DNA of 28,767 bases from a virus (taxonomy: Duplodnaviria; Heunggongvirae; Uroviricota; Caudoviricetes), in IMG/VR virus record IMGVR_UViG_2778261058_000020. One strand, given 5' to 3'. Each line of letters starts with the position of its first letter. The first letter of the stretch is position 1. The translations under genes were made by a program, and so were the position numbers. Shown here in pieces: positions 16,982-27,310 of this stretch. Below the pieces are notes generated by a model. It was not told where the DNA came from. It made no database searches and saw only the letters and a program-made list of their open reading frames with translations.

Positions 16982-17418
16982 TGGGGTATATCACGCAGGA
17001 AGACCTGTTACGCGCGGACGGCAATCTTGTCTGGAACATGGCGATTAACCGGGAAACCAACGAACTGGATGAAGACAAAATCCGTCAGGCCATCAGTGAT
17101 GCCGAAGCGGAAATTGATTCGTTTCTGTCCCGCCGCTACCAGCTGCCGCTGGGAGTGACGGAAATCCCGCGCCCGCTGCAACGCGTGGCGGTATCGCTGG
17201 CGTTTTACTGGTTGTCAGAGCGTGACAATCAAATCACGGAGCTGATCCAGAAACGCTACGACGACGCCATTAAAACCCTGCGTGAGATGGCGAACGGCAC
17301 CCGTGACCTGGGTCTGCCGACGTATGCCACCCCGGCAGAAACCGACCACGGGAAGATCATTGTGGTGGGTGCCAATGCCCGGCTGTTCACCCGTAACAAC
17401 CTGAAAGGGGTGCTGTGA
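16981..17418 (+). CDS. Mu gp36-like protein (DUF1320), head-tail joining candidate
   Basis: Track ORF; start overlaps previous stop; size and position. Confidence 0.6.
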   Translation: MGYITQEDLLRADGNLVWNMAINRETNELDEDKIRQAISDAEAEIDSFLSRRYQLPLGVTEIPRPLQRVAVSLAFYWLSERDNQITELIQKRYDDAIKTLREMANGTRDLGLPTYATPAETDHGKIIVVGANARLFTRNNLKGVL

Positions 17419-17960
17419 TGGGGATTTCTGTACAGGTCAGCGGTGACCAGCGGCTGGAGGATATCCGCCGTGCCGTTGAAAAGCTGGCAGATGGTTCATT
17501 GCAGGCAGAGCTGCTGGAAAGCATCGGTGCGGTGGTGGAATCACAGACCCGCCGCCGCATCATCGATGAGAAAACCAGTCCGGGTGGCGAACGCTGGCCG
17601 GACTGGTCTGACGGGTACAAAAAGACCCGCCACGGCAACCAGAGTCTGCTGCGCGGTGAAGGCCATCTGCTGGAGAGTATCCAGTACATCGTGGAAAACC
17701 GCGTGGTGCGTATCGGTTCACCGCTGGATTATGCCCGCATCATGAATGACGGCTTTTCCGGCAGTGTGCCGGTCAGCGCCCACAAACGGCTTATCTCGCA
17801 GTGTTTCGGGCGGGCGCTGAAATATCCGGTCTGGCAGACCGTCGGCGCACATAACCGCATGATGAACATTCCGCAACGTGAATTTCTGGGGCTGTCTTCT
17901 GCCAATCAGCAGGAGCTGCAACAGGTTATCAGTCATTTCTGGAAGGAGGTTCTGCCATGA
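17415..17960 (+). CDS. Virion morphogenesis / tail completion-like protein (Mu G / P2 S-like), 181 aa
   Basis: Track ORF; overlaps neighbours at both ends; sequence resembles the phage virion morphogenesis family. Confidence 0.5.
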   Translation: MMGISVQVSGDQRLEDIRRAVEKLADGSLQAELLESIGAVVESQTRRRIIDEKTSPGGERWPDWSDGYKKTRHGNQSLLRGEGHLLESIQYIVENRVVRIGSPLDYARIMNDGFSGSVPVSAHKRLISQCFGRALKYPVWQTVGAHNRMMNIPQREFLGLSSANQQELQQVISHFWKEVLP

Positions 17961-18568
17961 CAGAACAACGCCCTGAACTGCGCACACCGGGGAGCACCGT
18001 TGCGGCCGCAGAGCGCATTGTGGCCTGGCTGAAAACAGCACTTCAGGGGAAAACCCCTGACCGGGCCGACGTGGTGGAGCGTCACATCGGCCAGTTCAAC
18101 AGCCCGGAAGAAGTGAAGCGCTATCTGTCCGGTCGTACCGGCTGTATCCGGGTAGCTGCCCTGCGTGTCCGGGATATCAACCCGCGCGGCGGGCTGTCCG
18201 GTCTGGTTACCTGGGTGGCTTACATCATGGCGACGGATTCGTGGGGGTACTCCCGCGACGTGCGCTGTGAAGTGCTGGCCGGAAAGGTGATCAAACGTCT
18301 GCTGTCGTCGGATGCCACAGCGGGCATGGGGGCTGAACGCCTGGCTGCTGATGTGCGGGCAGACAACATTTACTCCGCCAGCCTCGACGGGCTGGGTGTC
18401 ACCATGTGGGCGGTGACGTGGGAGCAGGAATTTCGGCTGGATGAAGAGATTGATCTCGCCGCGCTCCCGGACTTCCTGCGCCTCGGGGCAACGCTGCGTA
18501 GCGGTGAACACACTGAAATTAACGACGTGATCCATGTACGGGGTGACGATGGAACAGAAACTGATTAA
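17957..18568 (+). CDS. Mu gp37-like protein (DUF1834), 203 aa
   Basis: Track ORF; ATGA overlap with upstream gene; position before sheath gene. Confidence 0.6.
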   Translation: MTEQRPELRTPGSTVAAAERIVAWLKTALQGKTPDRADVVERHIGQFNSPEEVKRYLSGRTGCIRVAALRVRDINPRGGLSGLVTWVAYIMATDSWGYSRDVRCEVLAGKVIKRLLSSDATAGMGAERLAADVRADNIYSASLDGLGVTMWAVTWEQEFRLDEEIDLAALPDFLRLGATLRSGEHTEINDVIHVRGDDGTETD

Positions 18569-18734
18569 GCCAGCGCGGGAAAACGTCCGTGTCCGTAAAC
18601 CGGATGGCGCGCATTTATCCCCGGAAGGGGAACGTCTCGACGTCTGCGCTTACTGGCTGCGCCGTGAAGCCGAGGGAGATGTGGAAATAACCGCGCTTCC
18701 GAAAAATAGCAACAAAACCAGAGGGAAAAAATAA
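18549..18734 (+). CDS. Mu gp38-like small protein (about 61 aa); track ORF starts at 18534
   Basis: GGGGTGA RBS-like sequence upstream of ATG 18549; stop overlaps the sheath start. Confidence 0.45.
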   Translation: MEQKLIKPARENVRVRKPDGAHLSPEGERLDVCAYWLRREAEGDVEITALPKNSNKTRGKK

Positions 18735-20209
18735 TGTCGCTGGGTTCAATTCCTGATGATATCCGCGTCCCGCTTGTCTGGATCGATATCGACAATTCAC
18801 AGGCGCTGGATGGTGCATCCGCGCAAAGCCGAAAAATTCTGGTCATGGGCCATGCGGTATCGTCCGGCAGCGCAGACGCCCTGTCACTGACCCGCATCAC
18901 CAGTGACAGCCAGGCAGACCAGCTTTATGGCAAAGGGTCGATGCTGGCTGAAATGCTCAAAATGCTGCGCCGTGCCAACACGTACACGGAAACCTGGGCA
19001 ATGCCGGTTGCCGCGCCTGAAGGCGCTGCCGCAAAAGCCACGCTGACCGTGCTGGGTACAGCGACTGAAGCCGGAACGGTGGCACTGCTGATTAACGGTG
19101 TGTCCGTTCAGGTGAGCGTGAGCGCCGGGGCTACGAAGGAAAACATTGCAAAAGCCATTGCTGATGCGGTGACGAAAAAGCCTGCCACGCAGGTGGCCGC
19201 TGCGGTGAAGGATGATGCCACGGATACCGTGGAGCTGACCGTGAACTGGCACGGCGTCACCGGCAACGGTGCCGACGTTCGCCTGAACTACTACACCGGT
19301 GAAGCCTTCCCGGCAGGTGTGAAGGTGACCGCTACTGCGTTTACCGGCGGCACCGGGACACCGGAAATGGCGGATGCCGTTGCGGCCATCGGCCCGGAGT
19401 GGTTTACCGATATCATCGCCCCGTTCACCGACACGAAAAGCCTGAACACCCTGCGTGATGAACTGCTGAACCGCTGGGGGCCGCTCAAAATGATGGAGGC
19501 GCAGCTGTGGACGGCGTTTCGTGGCACGCACGGGGAAACCGGTACGTTTGGTGAAACCCGCAATGACTGGCTGATTAGCTGTATCGGCACCAACCTGTCA
19601 CCGCATCCGGCGTGGATGTGGGCCGCGTCATACGGCGCAACGGCAGCGTATCACCTTGCCATTGACCCGGCGCGTCCGCTTCAGACGCTGGTCCTGACCG
19701 GCATTCTACCGCCTGCGCGTAATGTTCGCTGGGATATGCCGGAACGTAACCTGCTGCTGCATGACGGCATTGCCACGCACATGGTGGACGCCGGGGATAA
19801 CGTCTGCATCGAGCGTGAAATCACCATGTACCGGGTTAACCAGTACGGTGATGCGGATGTGTCGTACCTGGATGTGCAGTCCCCCGCCACGCTGGGCCGT
19901 ATCCGTTACATCATCAAAAACCGTTTCACGAACCGTTATCCGCGCCACAAGCTGGCAGATGATGACGTGCTGGACTCACTGGATGCGGGGCAGCCGGTGA
20001 TGACGCCGAAGCTGTGCACCGCAGAGCTGCTGGATATCTGCCAGACCGAACTTATTCCTGCGGGCCTTGTGGAGAACTTCAGCGATTACAAGGACACGCT
20101 TCAGGTGACACGCGACAGCAGCGATAAAAACCGCCTGAACTTTATCTGCCACCCGAATCTGGTGAACCAGCTGCGTGTGCTGGCAGGCCTGATTCAGTTC
20201 AAGCTTTAA
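18734..20209 (+). CDS. L: Contractile tail sheath protein L (Mu gp39-like), 491 aa
   Basis: Track ORF; size and position before tail tube gene. Confidence 0.85.
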   Translation: MSLGSIPDDIRVPLVWIDIDNSQALDGASAQSRKILVMGHAVSSGSADALSLTRITSDSQADQLYGKGSMLAEMLKMLRRANTYTETWAMPVAAPEGAAAKATLTVLGTATEAGTVALLINGVSVQVSVSAGATKENIAKAIADAVTKKPATQVAAAVKDDATDTVELTVNWHGVTGNGADVRLNYYTGEAFPAGVKVTATAFTGGTGTPEMADAVAAIGPEWFTDIIAPFTDTKSLNTLRDELLNRWGPLKMMEAQLWTAFRGTHGETGTFGETRNDWLISCIGTNLSPHPAWMWAASYGATAAYHLAIDPARPLQTLVLTGILPPARNVRWDMPERNLLLHDGIATHMVDAGDNVCIEREITMYRVNQYGDADVSYLDVQSPATLGRIRYIIKNRFTNRYPRHKLADDDVLDSLDAGQPVMTPKLCTAELLDICQTELIPAGLVENFSDYKDTLQVTRDSSDKNRLNFICHPNLVNQLRVLAGLIQFKL

Positions 20210-20218
20210 GGGGACCAC

Positions 20219-20575
20219 ATGGCAAAAATTCTTGGCATGGCGACCATTCGCGTGAATGGCCGCGAAATTAAAACCGAGGGGAAATCCACGCTGAACCCGG
20301 GCGGCTTCAGCCGCACCCAGCATATGGGCGGCGGCAAGGTCTGGGGCATCTCCAGCAAGATGGCCTCGCCGTCCATCAAAGTGACCATTGCGGCGGCTGC
20401 GGATATGGACGTGATTGAAATCAGCAGCTGGGAAGACGTCACGGTGATGTTCTACGGCGACAATGGCCTGAACTACATGATGACGGGTTCCGCCACGGAT
20501 AACCCGGCGGAGCTGGACGAGGATTCCGGCACCATCAGTGCCAACTTTATCGGTGAAAAATGCGTGAAGGTGTGA
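20219..20575 (+). CDS. M: Tail tube protein M (Mu gp40-like), 118 aa
   Basis: Track ORF; 9 nt after sheath stop; size typical of tube protein. Confidence 0.75.
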   Translation: MAKILGMATIRVNGREIKTEGKSTLNPGGFSRTQHMGGGKVWGISSKMASPSIKVTIAAAADMDVIEISSWEDVTVMFYGDNGLNYMMTGSATDNPAELDEDSGTISANFIGEKCVKV

Positions 20576-20576
20576 C

Positions 20577-20972
20577 ATGGCCGCGATGGAATTTGAACTG
20601 AAACACGGGCTTCTGACCGGCAAAGGCACGGCAGATGAAACCCTGCATAAAACCGTGAAGCTGCGCGAACTGACCGCCAGTGATGTGATTGATGCACAAC
20701 TGGCCGCAGAACGCGTCGTCATGGGCGGGAACGGAAAGGCGGTGGCCTACTGTTCTGAAGTGCTGATGGGGCTGGAGATGATGCGCCGTCAGGTCGCGGC
20801 CATCGGCAACATTCCCGGCCCGCTGGACATGAAACAGCTGCGAATGCTCCACCCGGCAGACCTTGAACTTATCAGCACCAAAGCCGCTGCGCTGGATGAC
20901 ATGCTTGAGGAGGTGGCAACGCGGGGGCGAACTGATGCCGCTGGCGGCGGCACTGATGAACCTGCTGGTTAA
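20577..20972 (+). CDS. Tail assembly chaperone (lambda G analogue), 131 aa
   Basis: Track ORF; lies between tube and tape-measure genes; an overlapping alternative-frame ORF extends its 3' end. Confidence 0.6.
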   Translation: MAAMEFELKHGLLTGKGTADETLHKTVKLRELTASDVIDAQLAAERVVMGGNGKAVAYCSEVLMGLEMMRRQVAAIGNIPGPLDMKQLRMLHPADLELISTKAAALDDMLEEVATRGRTDAAGGGTDEPAG

Positions 20973-21072
20973 CCTGTCCCAGAGATTCAGCATTCAGTAC
21001 CTGGAACAGCTGCCCCTGCGGCAGCTGTTCCGCCTGATAAAGCAACTGGAGAAACAGCATGGCAACAGGTAA
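20863..21072 (+). CDS. Alternative-frame 3' extension of the tail chaperone (lambda GT-like), candidate programmed frameshift product
   Basis: Track ORF 20863..21072 overlaps the chaperone 3' end in a different frame and runs into the tape-measure start; a G-rich run lies in the overlap. Confidence 0.4.
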   Translation: MNLSAPKPLRWMTCLRRWQRGGELMPLAAALMNLLVNLSQRFSIQYLEQLPLRQLFRLIKQLEKQHGNR

Positions 21073-22924
21073 CCGTCTCAGCACGGAAATCATGATCAAC
21101 CTTGCCGGGAACCTGACCGCCAAAGCCCGGCAGTACGGCGCAAACATGTCGCAGTTCGCCCGGAACCATCAGAAGGCCATGCGCCTTGTCAAAGCTACAA
21201 CGGAGGCCGCCACGCGTGGCCTTGACACGCTGGGTAACCGCTACACGGCGATGATTGCCGGTTTTGCGGGTAGCGCCATGATGCGTGAGTTTGCGCAGGT
21301 GGATCGCCGGATGACCCGTATTGGTATTGCCGCAGAAAAGACGCGCGACGAAATGGCACAGATGCTGAATGGTATTCAGGATGCCGCCATCAAATTTAAG
21401 GTTGATGACAGTGAACTGATAAGCGCAGTGGAAAAAGTCGGCACCGTGACGGGTGAGATTGATTTTGGTGTTAAAAACAAAGAAATGATGGCGGCATCTA
21501 TTGCCGCTTCCGGAAGTTCAGGCGAATCCATCGGCTCGCTGTTTTCTCAGTTTACGAAGTTCGGCATCAAGGATGAAAACGAAGCCTTAAAGGCAATGGA
21601 TACCCTGAACCTGCTGGGAAAAGAAGGTGCCTATGAACTGAAAGACATCGCAGAAAAAGCAACCCGTGCGATGTCGCTGTATTCCGCTGCGGGCGGACGT
21701 GGTGTGCAGGGTGTCAAGGACGTAGGGGTTGCACTTGAATCTGCCGTTGATGCCACAGGGAACCGTGATACCGCCGCAACCGCTGTTGAAAACCTGATCC
21801 GTGATTTACAGCTTCCTAAGGTTGTAAAAACATTGCGGACAAATGGCATTGATGTTTACGGGAAAGATGGCCGGATGCGCTCGCTTCCACTATTGCTTCA
21901 GGAGATTGCCAGAAAATCAGGGAACCGGGGCGCAGAAGAACAAAATAAAAGGCTGATTGAAGCCGGTTTTAACCAGGATTCAGTCATGCTTTTAAGCAGC
22001 GTAACGTCAGGCAAAGGTGCAGAAAACCTGCAACGTTATATGAAAGTCGTCGGTGATGGTAAAGGCATCATGAAAGATGCTGCGTATGCTGCACAGGATT
22101 TTACGTCGGCCATGCAGGCGCTGGAAACCAGCTGGAAAAAATTCTCCCACAACCAGCTGGCAAAACCCGTTCAGGATCTGGCTGATGCCATTAACAGCGT
22201 GGACCAGAACACTGTCCAGAACTGGTTGCAGGTCGGTAAATATATGGCAATCGCGCTGGGCGGCATTATCGCCATCAGAAAGACGTATCAGTTCGGTAAA
22301 ACCATCCACGACATCATGAATCCCAAAGGGAAAGGCAAAGGGATACCCGGTGGCATTACGGATGTTTTCGGCTCCGGTGTGATGCCGGTTTATGTGGTTA
22401 ATATGGGCAGTGGCGGGATGAATGGTAATACCGGCGGTCTGCCGGATGCGCCGGATTCATCGCGCAATCCCCGCAATCCTCGGGGTCCGGGTAACCGTGG
22501 AGGAAAGGCAGGTAAAGGCGCTGGCATCATTGCCGGTGCTCTGGAATTTTACGATTTTCTGACCACGCAATACGCCCTGCCGGGTGAGGTTCACAGTCTC
22601 ACTAAATCCGTTGCCGGTGATGCCAGCGCCAGCCCGTGGGAGCGCGAGTTCGCACAACAAAGCCAGGACAACCAGAAAGCACTGGAATCCGTCTGGCGTA
22701 AGGTAACAGACTGGTTCAATTCGCTTGGTGATAAGAACATTGCCGACCCGCGACCGTGGGCAGGTATGCAACCCACACAGAATTATCCTTTCCTTCCGCA
22801 GCAGTTGCAGGGGGAAATCCGTGTGGTGGTGGAAGGTGACGCCCGCGTGAAAAGTGTCAGAGTGGATCAACCCGGCGTCAGACTCAGTGCGCAGGCTGGC
22901 GTCACCAGCGTGGAGCAAGGGTAA
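21059..22924 (+). CDS. Y: Tail tape measure protein Y (Mu gp42-like), 621 aa
   Basis: Track ORF; largest tail gene, directly after chaperone pair; Gly-rich C-terminal region. Confidence 0.8.
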   Translation: MATGNRLSTEIMINLAGNLTAKARQYGANMSQFARNHQKAMRLVKATTEAATRGLDTLGNRYTAMIAGFAGSAMMREFAQVDRRMTRIGIAAEKTRDEMAQMLNGIQDAAIKFKVDDSELISAVEKVGTVTGEIDFGVKNKEMMAASIAASGSSGESIGSLFSQFTKFGIKDENEALKAMDTLNLLGKEGAYELKDIAEKATRAMSLYSAAGGRGVQGVKDVGVALESAVDATGNRDTAATAVENLIRDLQLPKVVKTLRTNGIDVYGKDGRMRSLPLLLQEIARKSGNRGAEEQNKRLIEAGFNQDSVMLLSSVTSGKGAENLQRYMKVVGDGKGIMKDAAYAAQDFTSAMQALETSWKKFSHNQLAKPVQDLADAINSVDQNTVQNWLQVGKYMAIALGGIIAIRKTYQFGKTIHDIMNPKGKGKGIPGGITDVFGSGVMPVYVVNMGSGGMNGNTGGLPDAPDSSRNPRNPRGPGNRGGKAGKGAGIIAGALEFYDFLTTQYALPGEVHSLTKSVAGDASASPWEREFAQQSQDNQKALESVWRKVTDWFNSLGDKNIADPRPWAGMQPTQNYPFLPQQLQGEIRVVVEGDARVKSVRVDQPGVRLSAQAGVTSVEQG

Positions 22925-24198
22925 TGACAACGAGCAAAGGCAAATGGGACGGGCTGCGCGATGCCTCGTTTCGCGGCGTCCCCTTCTTTCTGGTGGATAC
23001 GGAAGGCACCGGTGGCCGTCGTGCCATTCCCCGTGCGTATCCCCGGCGCGAAACCGCCTGGACGGATGATAACGGGGCCGTTCCGGGGCAACAGCAGATT
23101 AACGCAAAGCTGCTGGGTAAAAACTTCCAGGATGATTTAAACGCCCTTTTAGACGCGCTCAATATCCCCGGCCCCGGCGAGCTTATCCACCCGTGGTTCG
23201 GGATACAGACCGTACAGGTTGGCAAGGTCACCCATCGCCTCAGCACGGAGGAAGACGGCATTGCGTATGTCACTTTTGAAGTGTTTGAGGCAGGCGAGCG
23301 CCTGTTCCCGTCTGCGGCGGATAACACGCAGCAGGAAGTGCTGACGGGCATTGATGCGGTGAAAGCCGCCATTGAAGATGGCGACTGGTTCGGCGCACTC
23401 GACGGGCTGGGTGAGATGGCCGACAGCTTTCTGGCCGATATGGAAAACCTTGTGGCTAACCTGCCCACGCTACCGGCAGCACTGAATCAGTGGATGGACA
23501 GGCTGAACCATTTTAAGGAGATGGCCGGAACCATCATTGCCACACCGGGGCGTCTGGTCAGTGAGCTGTCCTCGTTCATCGACGGCGTGGTTGATCTGGT
23601 GACGGAACCACCCGAAGCACTGGCGGTTTACACGACATTACGCAACCAGTGGGCCGGAGAACGTGCCCGACAGGTTGCCACCGGCGCACTGCCGGAAGAT
23701 ATCACCGTGAAGCCCGGCAGCGTGGCAGACGGTGAAATAGGCTTTGCTATCGGGCTGTCACCGGATTATCAGCCGGTATCTGACAGCCTGCAGAAGAACA
23801 TTGACGACTTCCGCCAGGTGGTTGTGCTGGAAACCCTGCTGGGACAGGCAAATGCCGTGGCCTCGATGACGTTCGATACCAGTGATGCGGCATTATCTGC
23901 CGGTGACACGCTGGCGGCTGAACTGCATGAGCAGGCGGTGGCGGCGGTGGAAAATAACCAGCGGGCATTGTGGCGAACGCTGCGCGATTTACGGCAGGCC
24001 GTGATTACGGATGCCCGCGAGCGTGCCGCCCGTCTGCCGGAAACCCGGCAGGTGACGCTGACCACAACCACATCTGCCGCATTGCTGGCATGGCGCGAGC
24101 ATGGTGACACCAGCCGACGGGATGAAATCGTGCAGCGTAACCGCCTGCGCCATCCGTCATTCATTCTGCCGACGCAACCTGTGGAGATTACCGACTGA
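22924..24198 (+). CDS. N: DNA circularization protein N-like tail protein (Mu gp43-like), 424 aa
   Basis: Track ORF; start overlaps tape measure stop; position and size match Mu N. Confidence 0.7.
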   Translation: MTTSKGKWDGLRDASFRGVPFFLVDTEGTGGRRAIPRAYPRRETAWTDDNGAVPGQQQINAKLLGKNFQDDLNALLDALNIPGPGELIHPWFGIQTVQVGKVTHRLSTEEDGIAYVTFEVFEAGERLFPSAADNTQQEVLTGIDAVKAAIEDGDWFGALDGLGEMADSFLADMENLVANLPTLPAALNQWMDRLNHFKEMAGTIIATPGRLVSELSSFIDGVVDLVTEPPEALAVYTTLRNQWAGERARQVATGALPEDITVKPGSVADGEIGFAIGLSPDYQPVSDSLQKNIDDFRQVVVLETLLGQANAVASMTFDTSDAALSAGDTLAAELHEQAVAAVENNQRALWRTLRDLRQAVITDARERAARLPETRQVTLTTTTSAALLAWREHGDTSRRDEIVQRNRLRHPSFILPTQPVEITD

Positions 24199-25268
24199 TG
24201 GAATCCGTGATTCTTACCGTTGACGGCAAACTGTGGGAAGGCTGGACGGAAATGTCCATCAGCCGTTCCCTGAAGGCGATTGCCGGTGAGTTTGATCTCA
24301 GTGTGACAACCCGCTGGTCAGCGGCGGCACCGCGCGTGATTCGTGAGGGGCAACCCTGCACGGTCAGGCTGGGCGCGGATACCGTGCTGACGGGGTATAT
24401 TGATGATTTTATCCCCAGCTATGACGCAGATAACGTGGAGATCCGCGTCATGGGGCGCGACAAAACCGGTGACCTGGTGGACTGCTCTGTGGTGCATTCA
24501 TCCGGGAAATGGAAAGGCGTGCGGCTTGAACAGGTGGCGGCTGATGTCTGCCGCCCGTTCGGGATAACTGTCATCACGGAAACCCCGACCGGGGAGGCGT
24601 TTGCGTCCGTTGTTCTGGAACAGGGTGAAACGGGCTTTGAACTGCTCGACCGGCTGGCAAAACAGCGCGGCGTTCTGCTGACGTCTGACGGCGCAGGTAA
24701 CCTGATTATCACCCGCGCCTCTTCCGTTCGCGCGGGTGTGTCACTGGTGCTGGGGAAAAATATCCTCGCTGCCCGTGGGCGCTTCAGCTGGCGGGAGCGT
24801 AACAGCCAGTACATCATCAAGGGCACCACCAGTGCCGGTGGCAAACTGTGGGACAGCCAGCCTGCCTCGATGGTGGGTGGTCGCCAGTACATCACCGAAG
24901 ACCCGGAAATTAACCGTTACCGCCCGCGCATTCTGGTCAATGAAGACAGCCTGACCGTGGGCGGGGCCAGCATTCGCGGGGAATGGTACAAAGCCCGGAT
25001 GCTGGGGGAATCCCGCACGACGGAAATCACGGTGGCAGGCTGGCGCGAACAGGGCGACAGCGGCCCGCTGTGGCAGACCAACCGCCTTGTCGATATCGAC
25101 GACAGCATTCAGAACCTGAAAACCACCTGGCTGATATCCGGGGTGACCTGGACGGATGGCGCACAGGGGCGGATGACGGTTCTGGCGCTGGTTCCGCCTG
25201 AATCACTGGATATGCCGGAAATGAAAGCGAAGACGAAGAAAACAAAGGCGGTGGCCACATGGGATTAA
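24198..25268 (+). CDS. P: Baseplate hub protein P (Mu gp44, phage late control D-like), 356 aa
   Basis: Track ORF; ATGA-type overlap with N; order and size. Confidence 0.7.
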   Translation: MESVILTVDGKLWEGWTEMSISRSLKAIAGEFDLSVTTRWSAAAPRVIREGQPCTVRLGADTVLTGYIDDFIPSYDADNVEIRVMGRDKTGDLVDCSVVHSSGKWKGVRLEQVAADVCRPFGITVITETPTGEAFASVVLEQGETGFELLDRLAKQRGVLLTSDGAGNLIITRASSVRAGVSLVLGKNILAARGRFSWRERNSQYIIKGTTSAGGKLWDSQPASMVGGRQYITEDPEINRYRPRILVNEDSLTVGGASIRGEWYKARMLGESRTTEITVAGWREQGDSGPLWQTNRLVDIDDSIQNLKTTWLISGVTWTDGAQGRMTVLALVPPESLDMPEMKAKTKKTKAVATWD

Positions 25269-25795
25269 ACGCCATTACCCGCCGTCTGCGGCTGATGGTT
25301 GACCGTGCCATTGTCCGCATGGTGTCTGACAGTCTGGAGCGGCAGAATCTTCAAATTCAGACGCTGGCAGATGCCACTGATGACGATGTGGAACGCTTCC
25401 AGAATTACGGTTTTACTTCCGTTCCGCCGGAAGGTTCAGAAGCCATCGTGCTGGCCGTGGGCGGACGGCGTGATGGTCTGGTTGCCATCGCGGTGGAGGA
25501 CAAGCGATGTCGCCCTAAAGGACTGTCCCCCGGCGATGTCCGGCTGTATCACCAGGACGGCAAATCACATATCACGTTAAAGAAAGGCGGTATTATTGAA
25601 ATCACAGGAGAACAATTAAATCTTTCAGGGAAAACGGTAAATCTCACCGCCGACGAATTGCTGAATATTATCGGTAAACAAATGAAATTCGTCGGTCCCT
25701 GTGAATTTACTGAAGATGCCACCATCAACGGCAAATCATTCATCGAACACATTCATAAGGACGGCGACAATGAGAATACATCACCGCCCGTATGA
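25259..25795 (+). CDS. Baseplate assembly / spike protein (Mu gp45, gpV-like), 178 aa
   Basis: Track ORF; order and size. Confidence 0.6.
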   Translation: MGLNAITRRLRLMVDRAIVRMVSDSLERQNLQIQTLADATDDDVERFQNYGFTSVPPEGSEAIVLAVGGRRDGLVAIAVEDKRCRPKGLSPGDVRLYHQDGKSHITLKKGGIIEITGEQLNLSGKTVNLTADELLNIIGKQMKFVGPCEFTEDATINGKSFIEHIHKDGDNENTSPPV

Positions 25796-26244
25796 CGACA
25801 GGAATCCGCTGGAATAACATGCTCTCACGGGGTGACATCACCGTCACCCATAACGGCCTCTCACTGGATGAGGGGCTGGTCACTCAGGTTCTTATCTGCC
25901 TTTTCACCGATGCCCGTGCTGATGACGATGATGTCATTCCTGACGGCTCTGGCGACCCGCGCGGCTGGCCGGGCGACACGTACAGCGATTTTTCGTGGGG
26001 TTCCCGCCTGTGGCTGCTTGAGCGTGAAAAGCTGACGGAAGATGTCCGCCTGCGTGTGGAAGATTACGCGCGGCTGTCCATGCAACCGCTGCTGCGGGCC
26101 GGTTACGCCCGTAACGCCGCCGTCACGGCCAGAATCATTGTCCCTGACCGTATTGCCTTTCAGGTGGTGTTAACCCGCCCGGACAAAACCACGCTCACAA
26201 TCGAAATCACCCGCCGATGGGAGGCCACCATTAATGCCGTATGA
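25792..26244 (+). CDS. Baseplate wedge protein (Mu gp46 / gpW-gp25-like), 150 aa
   Basis: Track ORF; overlaps neighbours; order and size. Confidence 0.6.
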   Translation: MTTGIRWNNMLSRGDITVTHNGLSLDEGLVTQVLICLFTDARADDDDVIPDGSGDPRGWPGDTYSDFSWGSRLWLLEREKLTEDVRLRVEDYARLSMQPLLRAGYARNAAVTARIIVPDRIAFQVVLTRPDKTTLTIEITRRWEATINAV

Positions 26245-27310
26245 AATCCCCACGCTGGGCAAACTGATTGCCGACGGCGAAAAAGATATTGCGTATGAAC
26301 TCGGCCTGCAAAAGCTGCCGCCTGTCAGTGTTGAGCAGGCGCTGAACGTGTCATTCAGCAGTCAGGTCCGGGATTTATACGACCATCAGAGCTGGATTAA
26401 GGACCAGATAATCCCGTCCACCACGTCTGATGATGAAACCATTATCAAAACAGCAACGTATGAAGGGGTTATCCGCAAGCAGGCCACCTTTGCCAGCGGG
26501 CCGGTGACCTTCACCAGTCAGTCCCCCATTCCGGCAGAAACCCGGATGCAGTCCGACACGAATCAGGTGTATCAGGTACTCACATCCGGCGAGGTACAGG
26601 ACGGCGAGGTCACCGTCATCGTGCAGGCTGAAGAAGCCGGTGTGGCGGGCAATCTTGCTGCCGGTGCCGTGCTCACTCTGTTGTCCCCGCTACCCGGAAC
26701 GGGCAGCACCGGCGCGGTGACTGAAAGTGGCATCACCGGTGGCGCAGACATCGAATCCATCGCAGAGCTGCTGGACCGTCTGCTGTATGTGCGCCGCAAT
26801 CCCCCGGTGGGCGGTGCACTGCATGATTATGTCATCTGGGCGCGTGAAGTGCCGGGTGTCAGCCGCGCGTGGGCATGGGATGCGTGGCACGGCCCCGGCA
26901 CGGTCGGGCTGGCATGGCTTTATGATGACCGTGAAGACATTATCCCCACACGGGACGACCTGAAGACAATGGAGCAGTATCTGTTCTGCCACAAACACCC
27001 TGCCACGGGCGTTATGGTGGGCAAACCGGGCGGCATCGAGGTCTGGCCGGTACAGGTCAGACTGAAGAAACTCGACCTGTCCATCCGTCTGACACCGGAC
27101 AGCCAGTCGAACAGGAACGCCGTCCGGGCAAACCTGACCGCATTACAGAAAACGCTGGCCCCCGGTCAGATGCTGCCGGTGTCCTCGCTGCGCACGGCCA
27201 TCGGTATGACGTCCGGCATTACGGATTACTTTCTCAACATCGGGGAAGACACCACCAGTGATGTGGATGAGCTTATCACCATCGGGGAGGTGACATGGCT
27301 CACAGCGTGA
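26234..27310 (+). CDS. Baseplate J-like protein (Mu gp47), 358 aa
   Basis: Track ORF; order and size. Confidence 0.7.
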   Translation: MPYEIPTLGKLIADGEKDIAYELGLQKLPPVSVEQALNVSFSSQVRDLYDHQSWIKDQIIPSTTSDDETIIKTATYEGVIRKQATFASGPVTFTSQSPIPAETRMQSDTNQVYQVLTSGEVQDGEVTVIVQAEEAGVAGNLAAGAVLTLLSPLPGTGSTGAVTESGITGGADIESIAELLDRLLYVRRNPPVGGALHDYVIWAREVPGVSRAWAWDAWHGPGTVGLAWLYDDREDIIPTRDDLKTMEQYLFCHKHPATGVMVGKPGGIEVWPVQVRLKKLDLSIRLTPDSQSNRNAVRANLTALQKTLAPGQMLPVSSLRTAIGMTSGITDYFLNIGEDTTSDVDELITIGEVTWLTA

